From NCBI GenBank assembly GCA_030429735.1, contig JAUIET010000014.1, forward strand, positions 6,252-70,251: a DNA stretch of 64,000 nt. Reading direction: 5' to 3'. The position numbers and the translations under genes are program-made. The DNA is from Gammaproteobacteria bacterium (GTDB taxonomy: Bacteria; Pseudomonadota; Gammaproteobacteria; Pseudomonadales; JAUIET01). This document shows, one piece after another, positions 30,127 to 42,917 of this stretch; positions within the stretch are counted from its first letter, which is position 1; the number at the start of each line of letters is the position of its first letter. Below the pieces are notes generated by a model that was given only the letters and a program-made list of their open reading frames with translations, made no database searches and was not told where the DNA came from.

Positions 30127-30501
30127 ATGCATATTGCACTGAAAATTGCTCTGGGACTGCCCGCCTTGCTGTTTGCTTTCGTTGGACTCGGCTGGGTTAC
30201 CGACCCCGCGAGTACTGCCCCTACGTTCGGGATGCCGCTTCTCGAAGGTGCTGGGTTGAGCACCCAGGTCGGCGATCTTGGGTCTTTCTTTTTCACATTG
30301 TCAGCGATGTTGTTGATCGGAGTATTTACCGAGCAAAAAGCCTGGCTTCAGGCTGCTGCGATACTATTGCTGTTGACCGCCGTATTTCGAACAGTGGCCT
30401 GGGGAGTGCACGGTGCCACTTTTGAAACACAGTCAATAGCAATCGAAATCATTGTGGGCGTGTTGGCGTTGCTGGCCGCTGCTAAAACATCACCGCGTTG
30501 A
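30127..30501 (+). CDS. hypothetical 4-TM membrane protein
   Basis: 124 aa with four hydrophobic segments; stop overlaps the TetR start. Confidence 0.7.
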   Translation: MHIALKIALGLPALLFAFVGLGWVTDPASTAPTFGMPLLEGAGLSTQVGDLGSFFFTLSAMLLIGVFTEQKAWLQAAAILLLLTAVFRTVAWGVHGATFETQSIAIEIIVGVLALLAAAKTSPR

Positions 30502-31082
30502 ACACCGACAAACCTAAAGACGGTCGTACCTTACGATCGGAGCGCAGTCAGCAGAAAATTGTTGATGCCATTGTGGAGCTGGTTGAGGCCGGCACGCTGG
30601 TACCCACCGCTGAGCAGGTGGCCAGGCAAGCCGGTGTTGGTATTCGCACCGTGTTTCGCCATTTCAACGAGATGAACGATCTTTATGTTCGGCTTGATGA
30701 ACGTGTCAAGGACGATTACGAACAATGGTTTGCCGGCGGCAACCGCGAAGGCACCCTGGACCAGAGAATCACCAACCTGGTTAGCCATTTTGGCCGTGCT
30801 TTCGAGAAGACCACCAATCTGCAAATGTCAGTGCAGGCACAATTTTGGCGGGTTGAGTCCCTGCAAAAAAACTACGAAGGCAACGTGCAGAAACTCAGAA
30901 AAAGTCTGATGCATTGGTTGCCAGAGCTTCGCAGCATGCCCATAGACAAGGTTGACGCCGTTTGCGTGGCTGTATCATTTGAAGCCTGGTATCGCTTGCG
31001 CGTGGTGCAAAAACGCAGTATCCCGGCAACCCATGCGGCGATAGAAGCTCTACTCCGCGGTTTACTCGCTGTCAGGGATTAG
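30498..31082 (+). CDS. TetR/AcrR family transcriptional regulator
   Basis: DGRTLRSERSQQKIVDA and HTH TAEQVARQAGVGIRTVFRHF. Confidence 0.9.
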   Translation: MNTDKPKDGRTLRSERSQQKIVDAIVELVEAGTLVPTAEQVARQAGVGIRTVFRHFNEMNDLYVRLDERVKDDYEQWFAGGNREGTLDQRITNLVSHFGRAFEKTTNLQMSVQAQFWRVESLQKNYEGNVQKLRKSLMHWLPELRSMPIDKVDAVCVAVSFEAWYRLRVVQKRSIPATHAAIEALLRGLLAVRD

Positions 31083-31110
31083 GCTTCTCCGAGTTGATAC
31101 GAGGAAGAGC

Positions 31111-32355
31111 TCAGTTGGCATCGAACTCAATGTGCATTTCCTTGATGCCGTTAATGAAGTTTGATCTCAGCCAACTGACCGGTTGCGCCAGTCTTGGGTT
31201 ACGCAGCCTGGGTATGATCTCTTCAAAGATGACCTGTAGTTCTAATCTGGCCAAATGCGATCCCAGACAGAAATGCTCACCTATGCCAAAAGCGCGGTGT
31301 TTGTTTCGGACATCTTCACGCTGTGCGCGCGTAATATCGAACGTATCGGGATCGTCGAATACTTCTTCGTCGCGACTGGCAGAGTGATAAAACAACACGA
31401 CATTGTCGCCTTTTTTCACAGTGTGACCACTGGGCAGCTGCGCGTCTTCCATAACAGTTCGACGAAAACTGACCACCGCGGTGTGATAGCGCAACATTTC
31501 TTCAATCGCGTCAGGAATTAAATCCGGTTTATCGATCAGTTGTTGCAAAGCATCTGGGTGCTCCATCAATAAGCGCATGCCTTGCGCCGTCACCGTGCGC
31601 GTCGTCTCGTTACCTGCAACCAGCAATATCAGAAAAAAAGTGCTGAACTCTACTTCGTTGAGCTTCTCACCCTCGATACCGTCCAGTAGTGCACTCATCA
31701 GATAACCGGTGTTTTCAGCAACTGCCTTACCCTCAAGATAGTCCGTGGCCAACTGATGACCGAGCGCAAACAGCTCAGCCATAGCCATCTGCCCGTCTTC
31801 CTCACTGGTACTCAGATCGGGGTCTTCTGAGCCAATCATAATATTGGTCCACTCGAAGACATCTTTGCGACGGTCAAGAGGAACAGCCATCAGTTCGCAA
31901 ATAGCAATCAGCGGCAGCTCGGCGGCAACGTCCTGCACAAACTCACAACGACCTTGGTCTGCAATCTGGTCAATGATGTGTTTGGCAATCACTTTGAAGC
32001 GCTCGTGATAGGAATCAACCACTTTCGGCGTAAACGCATTACGAACAATACGACGGTGTTTGATATGATCCGGCGGGTCCATATTAATCAGTATCATTCG
32101 ATTAAGCTCAAGCTGCTCCGGCGCCATGTCCTTCATTAGACAGGTTCGCTCCGCTGAACTGAAAATGGCTGGATTTTTTGACACATAATCCAGGTCTTTG
32201 TGTTTTGTAATCGCCCAATAACCGCCTTCGGCAAATTGCGGCTCAACTTGCCAAAACACAGGTTCTTTTTCTCTTAGCTCGCGCAACCACTCGAACGGAA
32301 CGCCACCAATGTAGCTGTCTGGGTCGGCAAGATTGATGTGGGGACACTGACTCAT
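31111..32355 (-). CDS. cytochrome P450 (CYP124/125-like)
   Basis: MDPPDH, AGNETT, EEMLR and heme motif FGIGEHFCLG; ATG 32355 preferred. Confidence 0.93.
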   Translation of the reverse strand: MSQCPHINLADPDSYIGGVPFEWLRELREKEPVFWQVEPQFAEGGYWAITKHKDLDYVSKNPAIFSSAERTCLMKDMAPEQLELNRMILINMDPPDHIKHRRIVRNAFTPKVVDSYHERFKVIAKHIIDQIADQGRCEFVQDVAAELPLIAICELMAVPLDRRKDVFEWTNIMIGSEDPDLSTSEEDGQMAMAELFALGHQLATDYLEGKAVAENTGYLMSALLDGIEGEKLNEVEFSTFFLILLVAGNETTRTVTAQGMRLLMEHPDALQQLIDKPDLIPDAIEEMLRYHTAVVSFRRTVMEDAQLPSGHTVKKGDNVVLFYHSASRDEEVFDDPDTFDITRAQREDVRNKHRAFGIGEHFCLGSHLARLELQVIFEEIIPRLRNPRLAQPVSWLRSNFINGIKEMHIEFDAN

Positions 32356-32491
32356 AGCACTAAACTCTTCAGGCTTGCTGTTGAGTGCGACGATAGCACA
32401 GCGTTCTTCAGCTGCTTGGAACATTGCTAAAATTACACTGAAGAACCCACCGTCACGGTGCCCGCGATGCAGCGTGGTTGCTCAACAGGCC

Positions 32492-33364
32492 CTAGCCGAG
32501 CGCAGATGATGCTGCCTGAAATTTTTCCTGCATTTCTTCGGAGTGCAGCTCATCGTTGGCGGCGCCCATATTCAAGCGTTTGTAAGCGGTAACAACATCA
32601 GGGTCTACCTGCGCGTGCGGCGAATCAGTTCCCTGCGCCGCCTGCAGTACCGCGAACGTGACAAGGTCAACGTAATCAGCTTCAGGAACCTCACGATTGA
32701 ACTGTAAGTGCTGGGATGGTACGTGACGCAAGTCTTCGTCAAAGTTCCAGTGCGTTAGTATCTGATCTCCGAGTTCGGGTGCCAAAGCATGTATTGCCAT
32801 GTCCAGAAAGACCGGCTGCTGAACCAGTGCCGGTTTTTCCTGCGCGAACTTCAATACCGGTAACACACCGATGTTGTGAACCAAACCGGCCAACATCGCC
32901 ACTTCCGGTTGCAAAGACGTGCTGAATTTGCAAATCACCTGAGACAGGCCCGCCACCTCGGTACTCTGCTTGCATGCGGCTCGCATCCTTTCGCCAATGA
33001 CCTTGTTGTCCGCCATGAACATGTGGACAATAGCAATACCCACAGCCAGGTTGGCAGAGGTATCAAAGCCCATCTGCATTAATGCCAGACGAAGATCGGT
33101 CACCGGTTTGTCGCTGCGGCGCATCAATGGTGAATTCACGACTCTCAACATGTGAGCACTGACAGCGGGGTCCTCGGAAATCACGTGCATCAGGCTATTG
33201 CAGTCTGCCGTGTCATCCCCTGCCACTTTGCGCACCTGCATGGCAACTTCCGGCAATGTTGGTAACTCCAACCGTTCAGCAGCAATTGCCGCCTGAATAT
33301 CATCGCGAACTTCAAGCACTTCCTTATTCATAACCAATCCCGGCGGCAGTCTGTAGTGGGTCAC
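32492..33364 (-). CDS. HDOD domain protein
   Basis: LPTLPEVA, DPAVSAHMLRVVNS, AGLVHNIG and ILTHWNF motifs; start may be ATG 33331. Confidence 0.88.
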   Translation of the reverse strand: MTHYRLPPGLVMNKEVLEVRDDIQAAIAAERLELPTLPEVAMQVRKVAGDDTADCNSLMHVISEDPAVSAHMLRVVNSPLMRRSDKPVTDLRLALMQMGFDTSANLAVGIAIVHMFMADNKVIGERMRAACKQSTEVAGLSQVICKFSTSLQPEVAMLAGLVHNIGVLPVLKFAQEKPALVQQPVFLDMAIHALAPELGDQILTHWNFDEDLRHVPSQHLQFNREVPEADYVDLVTFAVLQAAQGTDSPHAQVDPDVVTAYKRLNMGAANDELHSEEMQEKFQAASSALG

Positions 33365-33465
33365 CCATGGGCGACAATACTTCTAATTAAAGTTCAGAAA
33401 ATGTACAACCACACAACTACCTGCACCGTTTACAGACAAACGGTGATAACGGCAACATACCCCAT

Positions 33466-34332
33466 TCAATCGCTAGGTTTAGGTCGACCGGGCACCAGTG
33501 TCGGCGTTGCTTGCCGGTATTGTTGGAATGCCGGATTATCGCCCCAGCGTTTTTCGGCGGCTGCGTCTAGTAAGTTAATGCCACTCACTTTGGTCAGCAG
33601 CAGGTACACGAAGACTGGTGATAGCAAGGTCAAGTAGCTTAATCCTCCGAGCACGGGCACAGCGATCAGTGCGATACCGCACCAGAGCACTATCTCACCG
33701 AAATAATTGGGGTGCTGGCTGTAAGCCCAGAGTCCACTTCTGATAAATTCCTGGTCTTTTTTAGCAGACGCGCGAAACCGCCGTTTTTGGGCATCGGCAG
33801 TGGCCTCAATAAGAAACCCGGTCAGCCAGATCGCCACACCCAAGGCAGCCGGCCAGCCCAGTGGCTGAGGTTGTGCGGAGCTCATGGCGGCCATTGCCGC
33901 GCCGGCAGTGACACTCACCCACAAAGCCTGCAGATTCCAGGTGATAAACAGTCGCCCGAAATTGGTTTTGATCTTGTCAAAACGACGGTCAAAACCATCG
34001 CTGGAGATACGCATAAACAGAAAACCGCTCAGGCGTATCGCCCATACAGAGATCAGCCCGGCAAGTAACAGGGCTCTGGCTGGTGCACCCGGCAGCAGTG
34101 CCAGGATAAGCACCATCAGTACCACGTAGGTAACCCCGCCGGTTAAATCGTAAAACTTTTCGGTTTTCAGCAGCCAGGAAGGAATAAAGGCCAGCCATTG
34201 CATCGCAAATGCAACGAGTACGCACACTGCAAATAACGGCAAAACCCCTGCCGTTACCGACCCGTCGGAACCGGCGAACGCGATAAAGGCAGCGATCGAC
34301 CAAACAACAGCAAGCGTTAATGCAGTGCGCAT
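33466..34332 (-). CDS. DUF1295 family membrane protein (steroid 5-alpha reductase-like)
   Basis: Multiple TM segments; EKFYD, DRRF, ADAQK and GLWAYSQHPNYFGE motifs. Confidence 0.88.
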   Translation of the reverse strand: MRTALTLAVVWSIAAFIAFAGSDGSVTAGVLPLFAVCVLVAFAMQWLAFIPSWLLKTEKFYDLTGGVTYVVLMVLILALLPGAPARALLLAGLISVWAIRLSGFLFMRISSDGFDRRFDKIKTNFGRLFITWNLQALWVSVTAGAAMAAMSSAQPQPLGWPAALGVAIWLTGFLIEATADAQKRRFRASAKKDQEFIRSGLWAYSQHPNYFGEIVLWCGIALIAVPVLGGLSYLTLLSPVFVYLLLTKVSGINLLDAAAEKRWGDNPAFQQYRQATPTLVPGRPKPSD

Positions 34333-34436
34333 AAGGAAACTCCAGCAAAAGGGTGAGCGCTGACATTCAGCGGTCCACCATGAGTGGGTGTATACTGCGC
34401 CGCAATGACGCGTGATTCAAGAGGAGTACATAATCG

Positions 34437-35483
34437 ATGGCCGTGGCTGAACTTTGGCAAGAACTGAAAGATACACTGGCATTTCGAGTAAGTCAGTCGT
34501 CTGGCACACGCACTGGCAAAAGCGGTGGATCAGCCACAATCGTAGTGCTGTTGGTCGTTCTGTTGCTGACCAGCCTTCTCGGTTGGTACGTGTCACGTGA
34601 ACCGGACTTGCTGTGGGTTAACTGGGAACTGGACGGCAAACCCGCACCTGCCGGTTATGCGACAGCCGATACTGCGGCTCGTGTTGCCAGCACGTTGTTG
34701 GACAAACCCGGTGGTTTTATGAGCAACGACAAACTACCACCGTTTGTCATTTTAGATAACATGCCCAACTGGGAATACGGCGCGCTGATTCAACTGCGCG
34801 ATGTGGTAAAGGCCTTGCGCAATGACTACAGCCGTTCACAATCTCAGTCGGTTGAAAACATTAACCTGAGCAAAGCCGAGCCAGCGTTCAACTCTGATCA
34901 CACCTGGTGGATTCTGCCCAGCTGTGAGAGCAAGTACGAAGAAGGCGTTGATTTCCTCAATGCTTACCGCGATGCGCTGGCAAATCCGGACACTGTCGAC
35001 GCCCAGTTTTACGCGCGTGCAGATAATTTACGCGAGTGGTTGTCGGTGGTGGAAAAACGACTGGGTAGTCTGTCGCAACGGCTAAGCGCCAGTGTCGGTC
35101 AAAGTCGGGTGAACACCGATCTTGCCGGCGAGCGCGCGGCGGAAAACTCAACGGCCACGCCCGCTGATATTGAGGTAAAAACGCCGTGGATGGAAATTGA
35201 CGACGTGCTGTACGAAGCGCGCGGCTCGGCCTGGGCTTTGGTGCATTTCCTGCGTGCCGCAGAGAATGATTTCCAACAAGTATTGAACGACAAAAACGCG
35301 AGTGTCAGCTTGCGTCAGATAATCCGCGAGTTAGAAGCCGCCTTACAACCGATTAACAGCCCAATCGTGCTCAACGGTAATGGCTTTGGCCTGTTTGCCA
35401 ACCATTCTCTGGTCACTGCTTCCTACTTGTCGCGGGCTAACTCGGCGGTCATCAACTTGCGTGAGTTACTCGATCAAGGCTAG
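34437..35483 (+). CDS. DUF2333 family protein
   Basis: LLDKPGGFMSND, DNMPNWEYG, FYARADNL and FANHSL motifs; GAGGAG RBS. Confidence 0.85.
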   Translation: MAVAELWQELKDTLAFRVSQSSGTRTGKSGGSATIVVLLVVLLLTSLLGWYVSREPDLLWVNWELDGKPAPAGYATADTAARVASTLLDKPGGFMSNDKLPPFVILDNMPNWEYGALIQLRDVVKALRNDYSRSQSQSVENINLSKAEPAFNSDHTWWILPSCESKYEEGVDFLNAYRDALANPDTVDAQFYARADNLREWLSVVEKRLGSLSQRLSASVGQSRVNTDLAGERAAENSTATPADIEVKTPWMEIDDVLYEARGSAWALVHFLRAAENDFQQVLNDKNASVSLRQIIRELEAALQPINSPIVLNGNGFGLFANHSLVTASYLSRANSAVINLRELLDQG

Positions 35484-35484
35484 C

Positions 35485-35994
35485 GTGGATGGCTCAGGGC
35501 CGCTTTTTTGCCCTGCATGCGGCAACCTGGCTTTCCAGCCGATTGGCCGCAAGAAGCTGGTGTGCGGCGAGTGCCGATTCCAGTTCTACCGAAACGCCGC
35601 CAGCGCGGTGGCGGCCGTTATCTTGTATGGTGATGAAATGCTGGTCGGTAAACGTGGGCGCAACCCCTGTAAAGGCCTGCTCGATCTGCCTGGTGGATTT
35701 GTTGACCCTGGTGAGAGCCTGGAAAACGCGCTGTATCGCGAACTGCACGAAGAATTAGGCTTGACGCTCAGTGACGCCAGGTATCTTGGTTCAGGTAACA
35801 ATGTGTACCATTATGCGAATGTTGAATACGATACAACAGATGCATTTTTTGAAATTCGCTGTGATCAACGACCCGAAGTGACGGCGATGGACGATCTGGA
35901 TGATGTGATGTGGTTAAAGCTAAGCGACATTGTACTTGATGACTTCGCGTTTACCTCGCAGCAAAAACTGCTCAGGCAGCACTACCTTCCATAG
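35485..35994 (+). CDS. NUDIX hydrolase with N-terminal zinc ribbon
   Basis: CPACG...CGEC and Nudix box GGFVDPGESLENALYRELHEELG; GTG at 35485 follows the DUF2333 stop. Confidence 0.88.
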   Translation: MDGSGPLFCPACGNLAFQPIGRKKLVCGECRFQFYRNAASAVAAVILYGDEMLVGKRGRNPCKGLLDLPGGFVDPGESLENALYRELHEELGLTLSDARYLGSGNNVYHYANVEYDTTDAFFEIRCDQRPEVTAMDDLDDVMWLKLSDIVLDDFAFTSQQKLLRQHYLP

Positions 35995-38263
35995 TTTTTG
36001 TATCAAATAATACGAGTAATGCCGGCAGCACTAACAGGTTGAACAGCGCCGACAGCAGTATGACAAAGCCGGTCAACAAGCCCAGGTCTGAATTCAACCC
36101 GATATCAGAGCGTGTAAGCACCCAAAACCCGCTCACCAATACAATCATTGTTATCCAAATTGCTCTGGATACTTTGTCGTAGGCAAACTCAATAGCTTGA
36201 ACCGTTGTGTGGCCTTTTACTTTCGCCATGCGGTACTTACTTAGAAAATGAATTGAGAAATCGACCACAACGCCAAGACAAATACCGGCCACTGCTGATA
36301 CAGCAAAGCCTAAGATACCACTATGGATAGCCCACCCTGCATAACCGACAGCGATCGGAAAACAGGTTGCCAGCATACCCAACAAGCCAAGACGAACACT
36401 GCGCAAGGCAAACAGCAAGATCAGGCATACGGTTAAAATTGCAATCGCGCCACCACGCAGCATCGACGGAATAAGATAGGTATAGGCAAGCTCACTGGAT
36501 GACTGACCAACACCGGTGACCGCAACTCGCAACTCTGGTGCCTCGCGTTCAAACCAATTTCTGGTTTCGGCATTGAGCCGAACGGCGGCCTCAGCGGTAG
36601 CACTTGCGCGCATTGCACTGACCAGAGTTGCTGACTTGTCAATATTAAGCTGATGGGTTAACTCCATACCCGCTGGCAATGACAACTCGTACAGCAGCAA
36701 ATACTGAGCCGCCAACTCCCGCGATTCGGGCAGGCGATAATATTGCTCATCATCGCCATGAAGGCTGCGGTTCAGCCGCTTCAAAGTATCGGTAATGCTA
36801 GCCACATGAGTGATGTCACCGCGTTCGCGCAGGTAGTTCACAAAGCGATCTACGGTGTTCAGGAAATCAGGGTCCATTACCGAGTCCGGACCATCACTGT
36901 AAATAGCTATTTCAGTGGACACCAGACCAGCCAGCTTGGCTTCAACGAAATCGTTCACTTGCCGCTCAGGTGTTTGCTCCTCAAAGAACACCCTCGGTGA
37001 TTCGTCCATAACATTTTGCGGTGCCAGCCAAAAAACCAGCGCAGCAAGCGGTATGCAACATAGGGCGATCGTTTTGGCATGATTGGTTGAAAGTCCGGCC
37101 AGCCATACGAGCACCGGCCCCGGTTTCGCATTCTGGCGCTGTTTTAAAGGGCGCAAGCTGAGTAAGGCTGGTAATAAAGTCACTGAAAGAACAAACGCGA
37201 TTGTGACCCCAACGGCAATGATAACGGCCAGTTTTCTAAGCGGTGGGAAGTCGGTAAAGCTGAATGTAATGACTCCAAACACGGTCGCCAGTGACGTGAG
37301 AAAAATGGGCTGGAAGTTGAGCGCAAGGGAGTTCAGTATACTGTCCCATTGAGCCAGTCCATTACTTCGACCCTGAATAGCGCCGTTGACAACGTGCACC
37401 GTGTCGGCGACGGCCAGCGTCATGACCACGATCGGTGCGATGATACTGACAATCTCGGTTTCCAGACGCAGCCAACCAAATATCCCCATAGTGGACGCAC
37501 CGGTTGCAATAACAACGACAACACATGCAAAACACGCGTAAATCGAGCGCAACAGCACTAATAAGATCAAGGCCATAATCAGCAGCATCAGCGGGATTAA
37601 CTGAGAACTGTCTTTTTGTGCGTATGCCTGAATCGCAGAATTGACCGCATGGTTTCCGCTGAGCATAAAGTTCACCTGCGGATAACGCTCGGCCAATTCC
37701 GTGACCAAGGCCGAAGCGGCGCCCACAAACTCCGGCATCGCCGCCATCAGTTTCTGGTGGCTCTCTGCCTGAAAAGAGATGTTTACCGCGGTGACATCAC
37801 CAGCACTCGATACCACGACTCGCTGTAAGGCCGGGTCAGTTTCTGCAACGTGCTGCAGCCTTTGCAGTATCTCCTGATTGTCGTACTCCCCAGCCGGAAC
37901 CAGGTCGGACACAATCAAGTCATCGCCATCTGCAAAGGTGTATTGGAAGTTGGTGATGGAATCCACTCGGCTCGCGTAGGGCAATTGCCAGGCTTGGTCG
38001 GTGAGTATCTGTATCAGTTCTACGACATCAGCCTGGTACACAGTGCCCCGCTCAACGCTGAGAACTACTATGATCTGGTCGCGCTTGCTAAACTCTTCTT
38101 CCACCATTGCCAGCTGCTGGACGATGGGGTGCTGCTGATCGTACAGCGAACGAAGGTCAGGATTGAAACGAAGATGCTGGTTGCCAGCCGCTGCCAGGGC
38201 CACCAGCACCAGACAGCCCGCAATGACCAGGTAGCGATACTGCAGTACCCATTTAAACGACAC
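35972..38263 (-). CDS. MMPL/RND superfamily transporter
   Basis: Two repeats of TM + large loop + 5 TM; LAVADTVH and GVVVDFSIH motifs. Confidence 0.9.
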   Translation of the reverse strand: MSFKWVLQYRYLVIAGCLVLVALAAAGNQHLRFNPDLRSLYDQQHPIVQQLAMVEEEFSKRDQIIVVLSVERGTVYQADVVELIQILTDQAWQLPYASRVDSITNFQYTFADGDDLIVSDLVPAGEYDNQEILQRLQHVAETDPALQRVVVSSAGDVTAVNISFQAESHQKLMAAMPEFVGAASALVTELAERYPQVNFMLSGNHAVNSAIQAYAQKDSSQLIPLMLLIMALILLVLLRSIYACFACVVVVIATGASTMGIFGWLRLETEIVSIIAPIVVMTLAVADTVHVVNGAIQGRSNGLAQWDSILNSLALNFQPIFLTSLATVFGVITFSFTDFPPLRKLAVIIAVGVTIAFVLSVTLLPALLSLRPLKQRQNAKPGPVLVWLAGLSTNHAKTIALCCIPLAALVFWLAPQNVMDESPRVFFEEQTPERQVNDFVEAKLAGLVSTEIAIYSDGPDSVMDPDFLNTVDRFVNYLRERGDITHVASITDTLKRLNRSLHGDDEQYYRLPESRELAAQYLLLYELSLPAGMELTHQLNIDKSATLVSAMRASATAEAAVRLNAETRNWFEREAPELRVAVTGVGQSSSELAYTYLIPSMLRGGAIAILTVCLILLFALRSVRLGLLGMLATCFPIAVGYAGWAIHSGILGFAVSAVAGICLGVVVDFSIHFLSKYRMAKVKGHTTVQAIEFAYDKVSRAIWITMIVLVSGFWVLTRSDIGLNSDLGLLTGFVILLSALFNLLVLPALLVLFDTKTMEGSAA

Positions 38264-38438
38264 AGATTTGAGCCTTGAGCTATCGGATCCGACAACTTAA
38301 CGGTTGCAGCGCGCTATTTCAAGTCAACTATCCGCATAGCCGACCTGTCAGATGGCTGCGCCTGTGCGGTGCCGGAGAGAACCTATTATTCTAAGAAAGC
38401 AGCGCAAGCCAGGTCAGGCTATGCTGCTATTGCGATTG

Positions 38439-38624
38439 CTAAAGCGACTGTCCTTGCTTACGCGTGTTCGCAATTGCAATCATGCACAGACCGATAATCG
38501 GCAAAGCGCCTGGTGGCAGGCCGACACTGCGTAATGCCTCATGCAAAGACAAGCCTTGACCAAGAAACAGTACAGCCAAAACTGAGATAACGAGCAGTGC
38601 GGCAATGCTAAGTAAGGTTTTCAT
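38439..38624 (-). CDS. small 2-TM hypothetical protein (61 aa)
   Basis: ATG 38624 with GGAG RBS; MKTLLSIAALLVISVLAVLFLG...ALPIIGLCMIAIA. Confidence 0.5.
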   Translation of the reverse strand: MKTLLSIAALLVISVLAVLFLGQGLSLHEALRSVGLPPGALPIIGLCMIAIANTRKQGQSL

Positions 38625-38772
38625 ATGGTTCTCCAAATAGCTTTCATTGGACGGACAATCTATTCTGCTTGTATACAAAGCAAAACACGGGCCAACTTTA
38701 TTTTCGTTTATTATTCAGAGACTTAGGAGAATCAGGGAAACCAGGGCCGCACAAAATGTAAGAAATTTCGAC

Positions 38773-38811
38773 AAAAAAAGCGGTTTGAAAGGTCTCTAAG
38801 CCGCACTTTTT
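38773..38811 (-). terminator. possible intrinsic terminator downstream of trxB-acyl-CoA dehydrogenase
   Basis: Minus strand GCGGCTT...AAACCGC imperfect stem followed by T7. Confidence 0.3.
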
Positions 38812-38943
38812 ATGCGTAATTCGGGCTAGCGCTTAGAGCGAATCTTGTGTCCCTTAACATAAGTTCGCACCATTTAGAGCCTGCACAATGCCATTCTTCC
38901 AGGCGTGTTCCGCAGGGAATATCGGCTATATTGGCAAGGGACA

Positions 38944-41078
<2,135 letters not shown>

Positions 41079-41200
41079 TCACTGTTGAAATGCATGTTGT
41101 AGTTTACCATGCGCCGATTCGGTACAAGGTCATATTTTTTCTGAGCCTGCCTGTGATTCAATGAAAACCCATCAGCCGTACCTCGAATGAATGCAACACC

Positions 41201-41617
41201 ATGAGCAGTGAAAAAACGGATACCCGTGACCCGGTCAACCAGCTGTTGCATATGGTGGAAGAAGCACATCGTGATCCGGGTGATCAATTGTGTTGCATTC
41301 ACTGCCTCAGTGCGGTGACTACATCCAATCAAAAAACCAGCGTAAACTCGGCCCACAACGTACATGTGACGAACCCAGGTGGCGTGGAATTTGACCTGGC
41401 GTGCTTCTCTGAGGCCTGGGGTTGTGGGATGCACGGCCTGCCGTCAGTAGAACACAGCTGGTTTGAGGGCTTTCGCTGGCAATATTCTCGATGCCTGAGC
41501 TGCGATGCTCATCTGGGCTGGTATTTTGAGGAAACCAAGGGAGCGCTCGACAGCCGGCGCCATTTCTTCGGACTGATTATAGAAAAATTGATTCCTGCGG
41601 AATCGTCTGCTGAGTAA
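41201..41617 (+). CDS. cereblon-family (CULT domain) protein
   Basis: Zn ligands CIHC and CLSC; NPGG; aromatic cage motifs HSWF, FRW and HLGWYF; FFGLI. Confidence 0.85.
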   Translation: MSSEKTDTRDPVNQLLHMVEEAHRDPGDQLCCIHCLSAVTTSNQKTSVNSAHNVHVTNPGGVEFDLACFSEAWGCGMHGLPSVEHSWFEGFRWQYSRCLSCDAHLGWYFEETKGALDSRRHFFGLIIEKLIPAESSAE

Positions 41618-41625
41618 GCAGCGGC

Positions 41626-42306
41626 TTGACCACATCTGATCCAAGTCTTTGCAAGCAATCCATCTCCATCGTCTACGCAGATAACGATATTGTCTTAATT
41701 GATAAGCCGGCTTTTCTGCTAAGCATTGACAGCAAAAGCGCCGCAAAGGGAACTGGCGCGCCAAACGTGCTTGATCTTGCCCGTGAACGCTACCCTGATG
41801 CACGCCTTGTTCATCGATTGGATTTCGACACATCGGGCTTAATGCTGCTTGCCAGAACACCGAGCGCGCAGCGCCATATCAATCAACAATTCCAGCAACG
41901 GCGTATTCGCAAGGAGTACGAAGCCACTGTACTTGGCCACCTATGCCACCGGTTCGGTCGAATAGAATTGCCGATCGCCAGGGATTGGCCTAATCGCCCA
42001 CGCCAGAAAATCGACTTTGCGCACGGTAAAGAGGCCATTACGGATTACGCCGTATTGGACTGTTCTCACGGTCAACCTAAGCCGGCAGCGATCAGCCGCC
42101 TGCGGCTTTTCCCGATTACTGGCCGCAGCCATCAATTACGAATTCATTTGCGTTGCCTGGGTCACCCTATTCTGGGCTGCGACCTGTACGGGACCGAAAC
42201 GGCTTATGAGCTGAGCGAGCGATTGCTGTTACATGCTGCCAGACTGCGCTTCATTCATCCTGGGTCAGGTATGCCAGTGTGTTTCGACAGCTCGGTTCCA
42301 TTCTGA
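41626..42306 (+). CDS. rluA: RluA family pseudouridine synthase
   Basis: DKPA, VHRLDFDTSG, DWPNRPRQ, TGRSHQLRIH and GHPILG motifs. Confidence 0.9.
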   Translation: MTTSDPSLCKQSISIVYADNDIVLIDKPAFLLSIDSKSAAKGTGAPNVLDLARERYPDARLVHRLDFDTSGLMLLARTPSAQRHINQQFQQRRIRKEYEATVLGHLCHRFGRIELPIARDWPNRPRQKIDFAHGKEAITDYAVLDCSHGQPKPAAISRLRLFPITGRSHQLRIHLRCLGHPILGCDLYGTETAYELSERLLLHAARLRFIHPGSGMPVCFDSSVPF

Positions 42307-42372
42307 CTGTAGCACCGCAGCTGAGCACAACTTTACTGGCTTCTATAGCATTGGCGAGCGATAATTCCAACG

Positions 42373-42879
42373 ATGGTAGTTTCGGAACGATACAGCGGCG
42401 GACATCGCATCATTCTCACCCCCAATCGATCAATGTCGTGGCGTGGCAACCAGATTTTTCTGCTCAGCATGATTTGTCTGTCGGCGCTCATCAGCATTGG
42501 TTTTGCGCTGATCGGAGCATGGGTGATCCTGCCTTTTGCCGGCCTGGAAATGCTCGCACTGGGCTCTGCGTTGTACTATGTATCCTGGAAGTTAAGTTAT
42601 CAGCAAGTCATCAATATCACGGCTGACTCAGTGACCATTGACAAAGGCGTGTACAAACCAAAAAGAAGCTGGTTATTTACACGCGATGGCCTATCGCTGA
42701 GCGTGCAACCCGAAGAACACGAGTGGTCCACGCCGGTCATTCAACTGCGCCACCAACAAAACCTGGTTGAAATTGGTGAATTTCTCAATCAGGCGGACTG
42801 CCTGACCTTGCTGCGATTGCTAAAAGACAATGGCATACCCACACGAACCTGGGGCGCAGCTGGCAAGCAGGCTTTCTGA
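42373..42879 (+). CDS. DUF2244 family membrane protein
   Basis: LTPNRSMS, GAWVILPFAGLE and EIGEFL motifs. Confidence 0.85.
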   Translation: MVVSERYSGGHRIILTPNRSMSWRGNQIFLLSMICLSALISIGFALIGAWVILPFAGLEMLALGSALYYVSWKLSYQQVINITADSVTIDKGVYKPKRSWLFTRDGLSLSVQPEEHEWSTPVIQLRHQQNLVEIGEFLNQADCLTLLRLLKDNGIPTRTWGAAGKQAF

Positions 42880-42917
42880 GCGGTACCATGCGCGCTGAAT
42901 TCCAGGAGTGACTTTGT

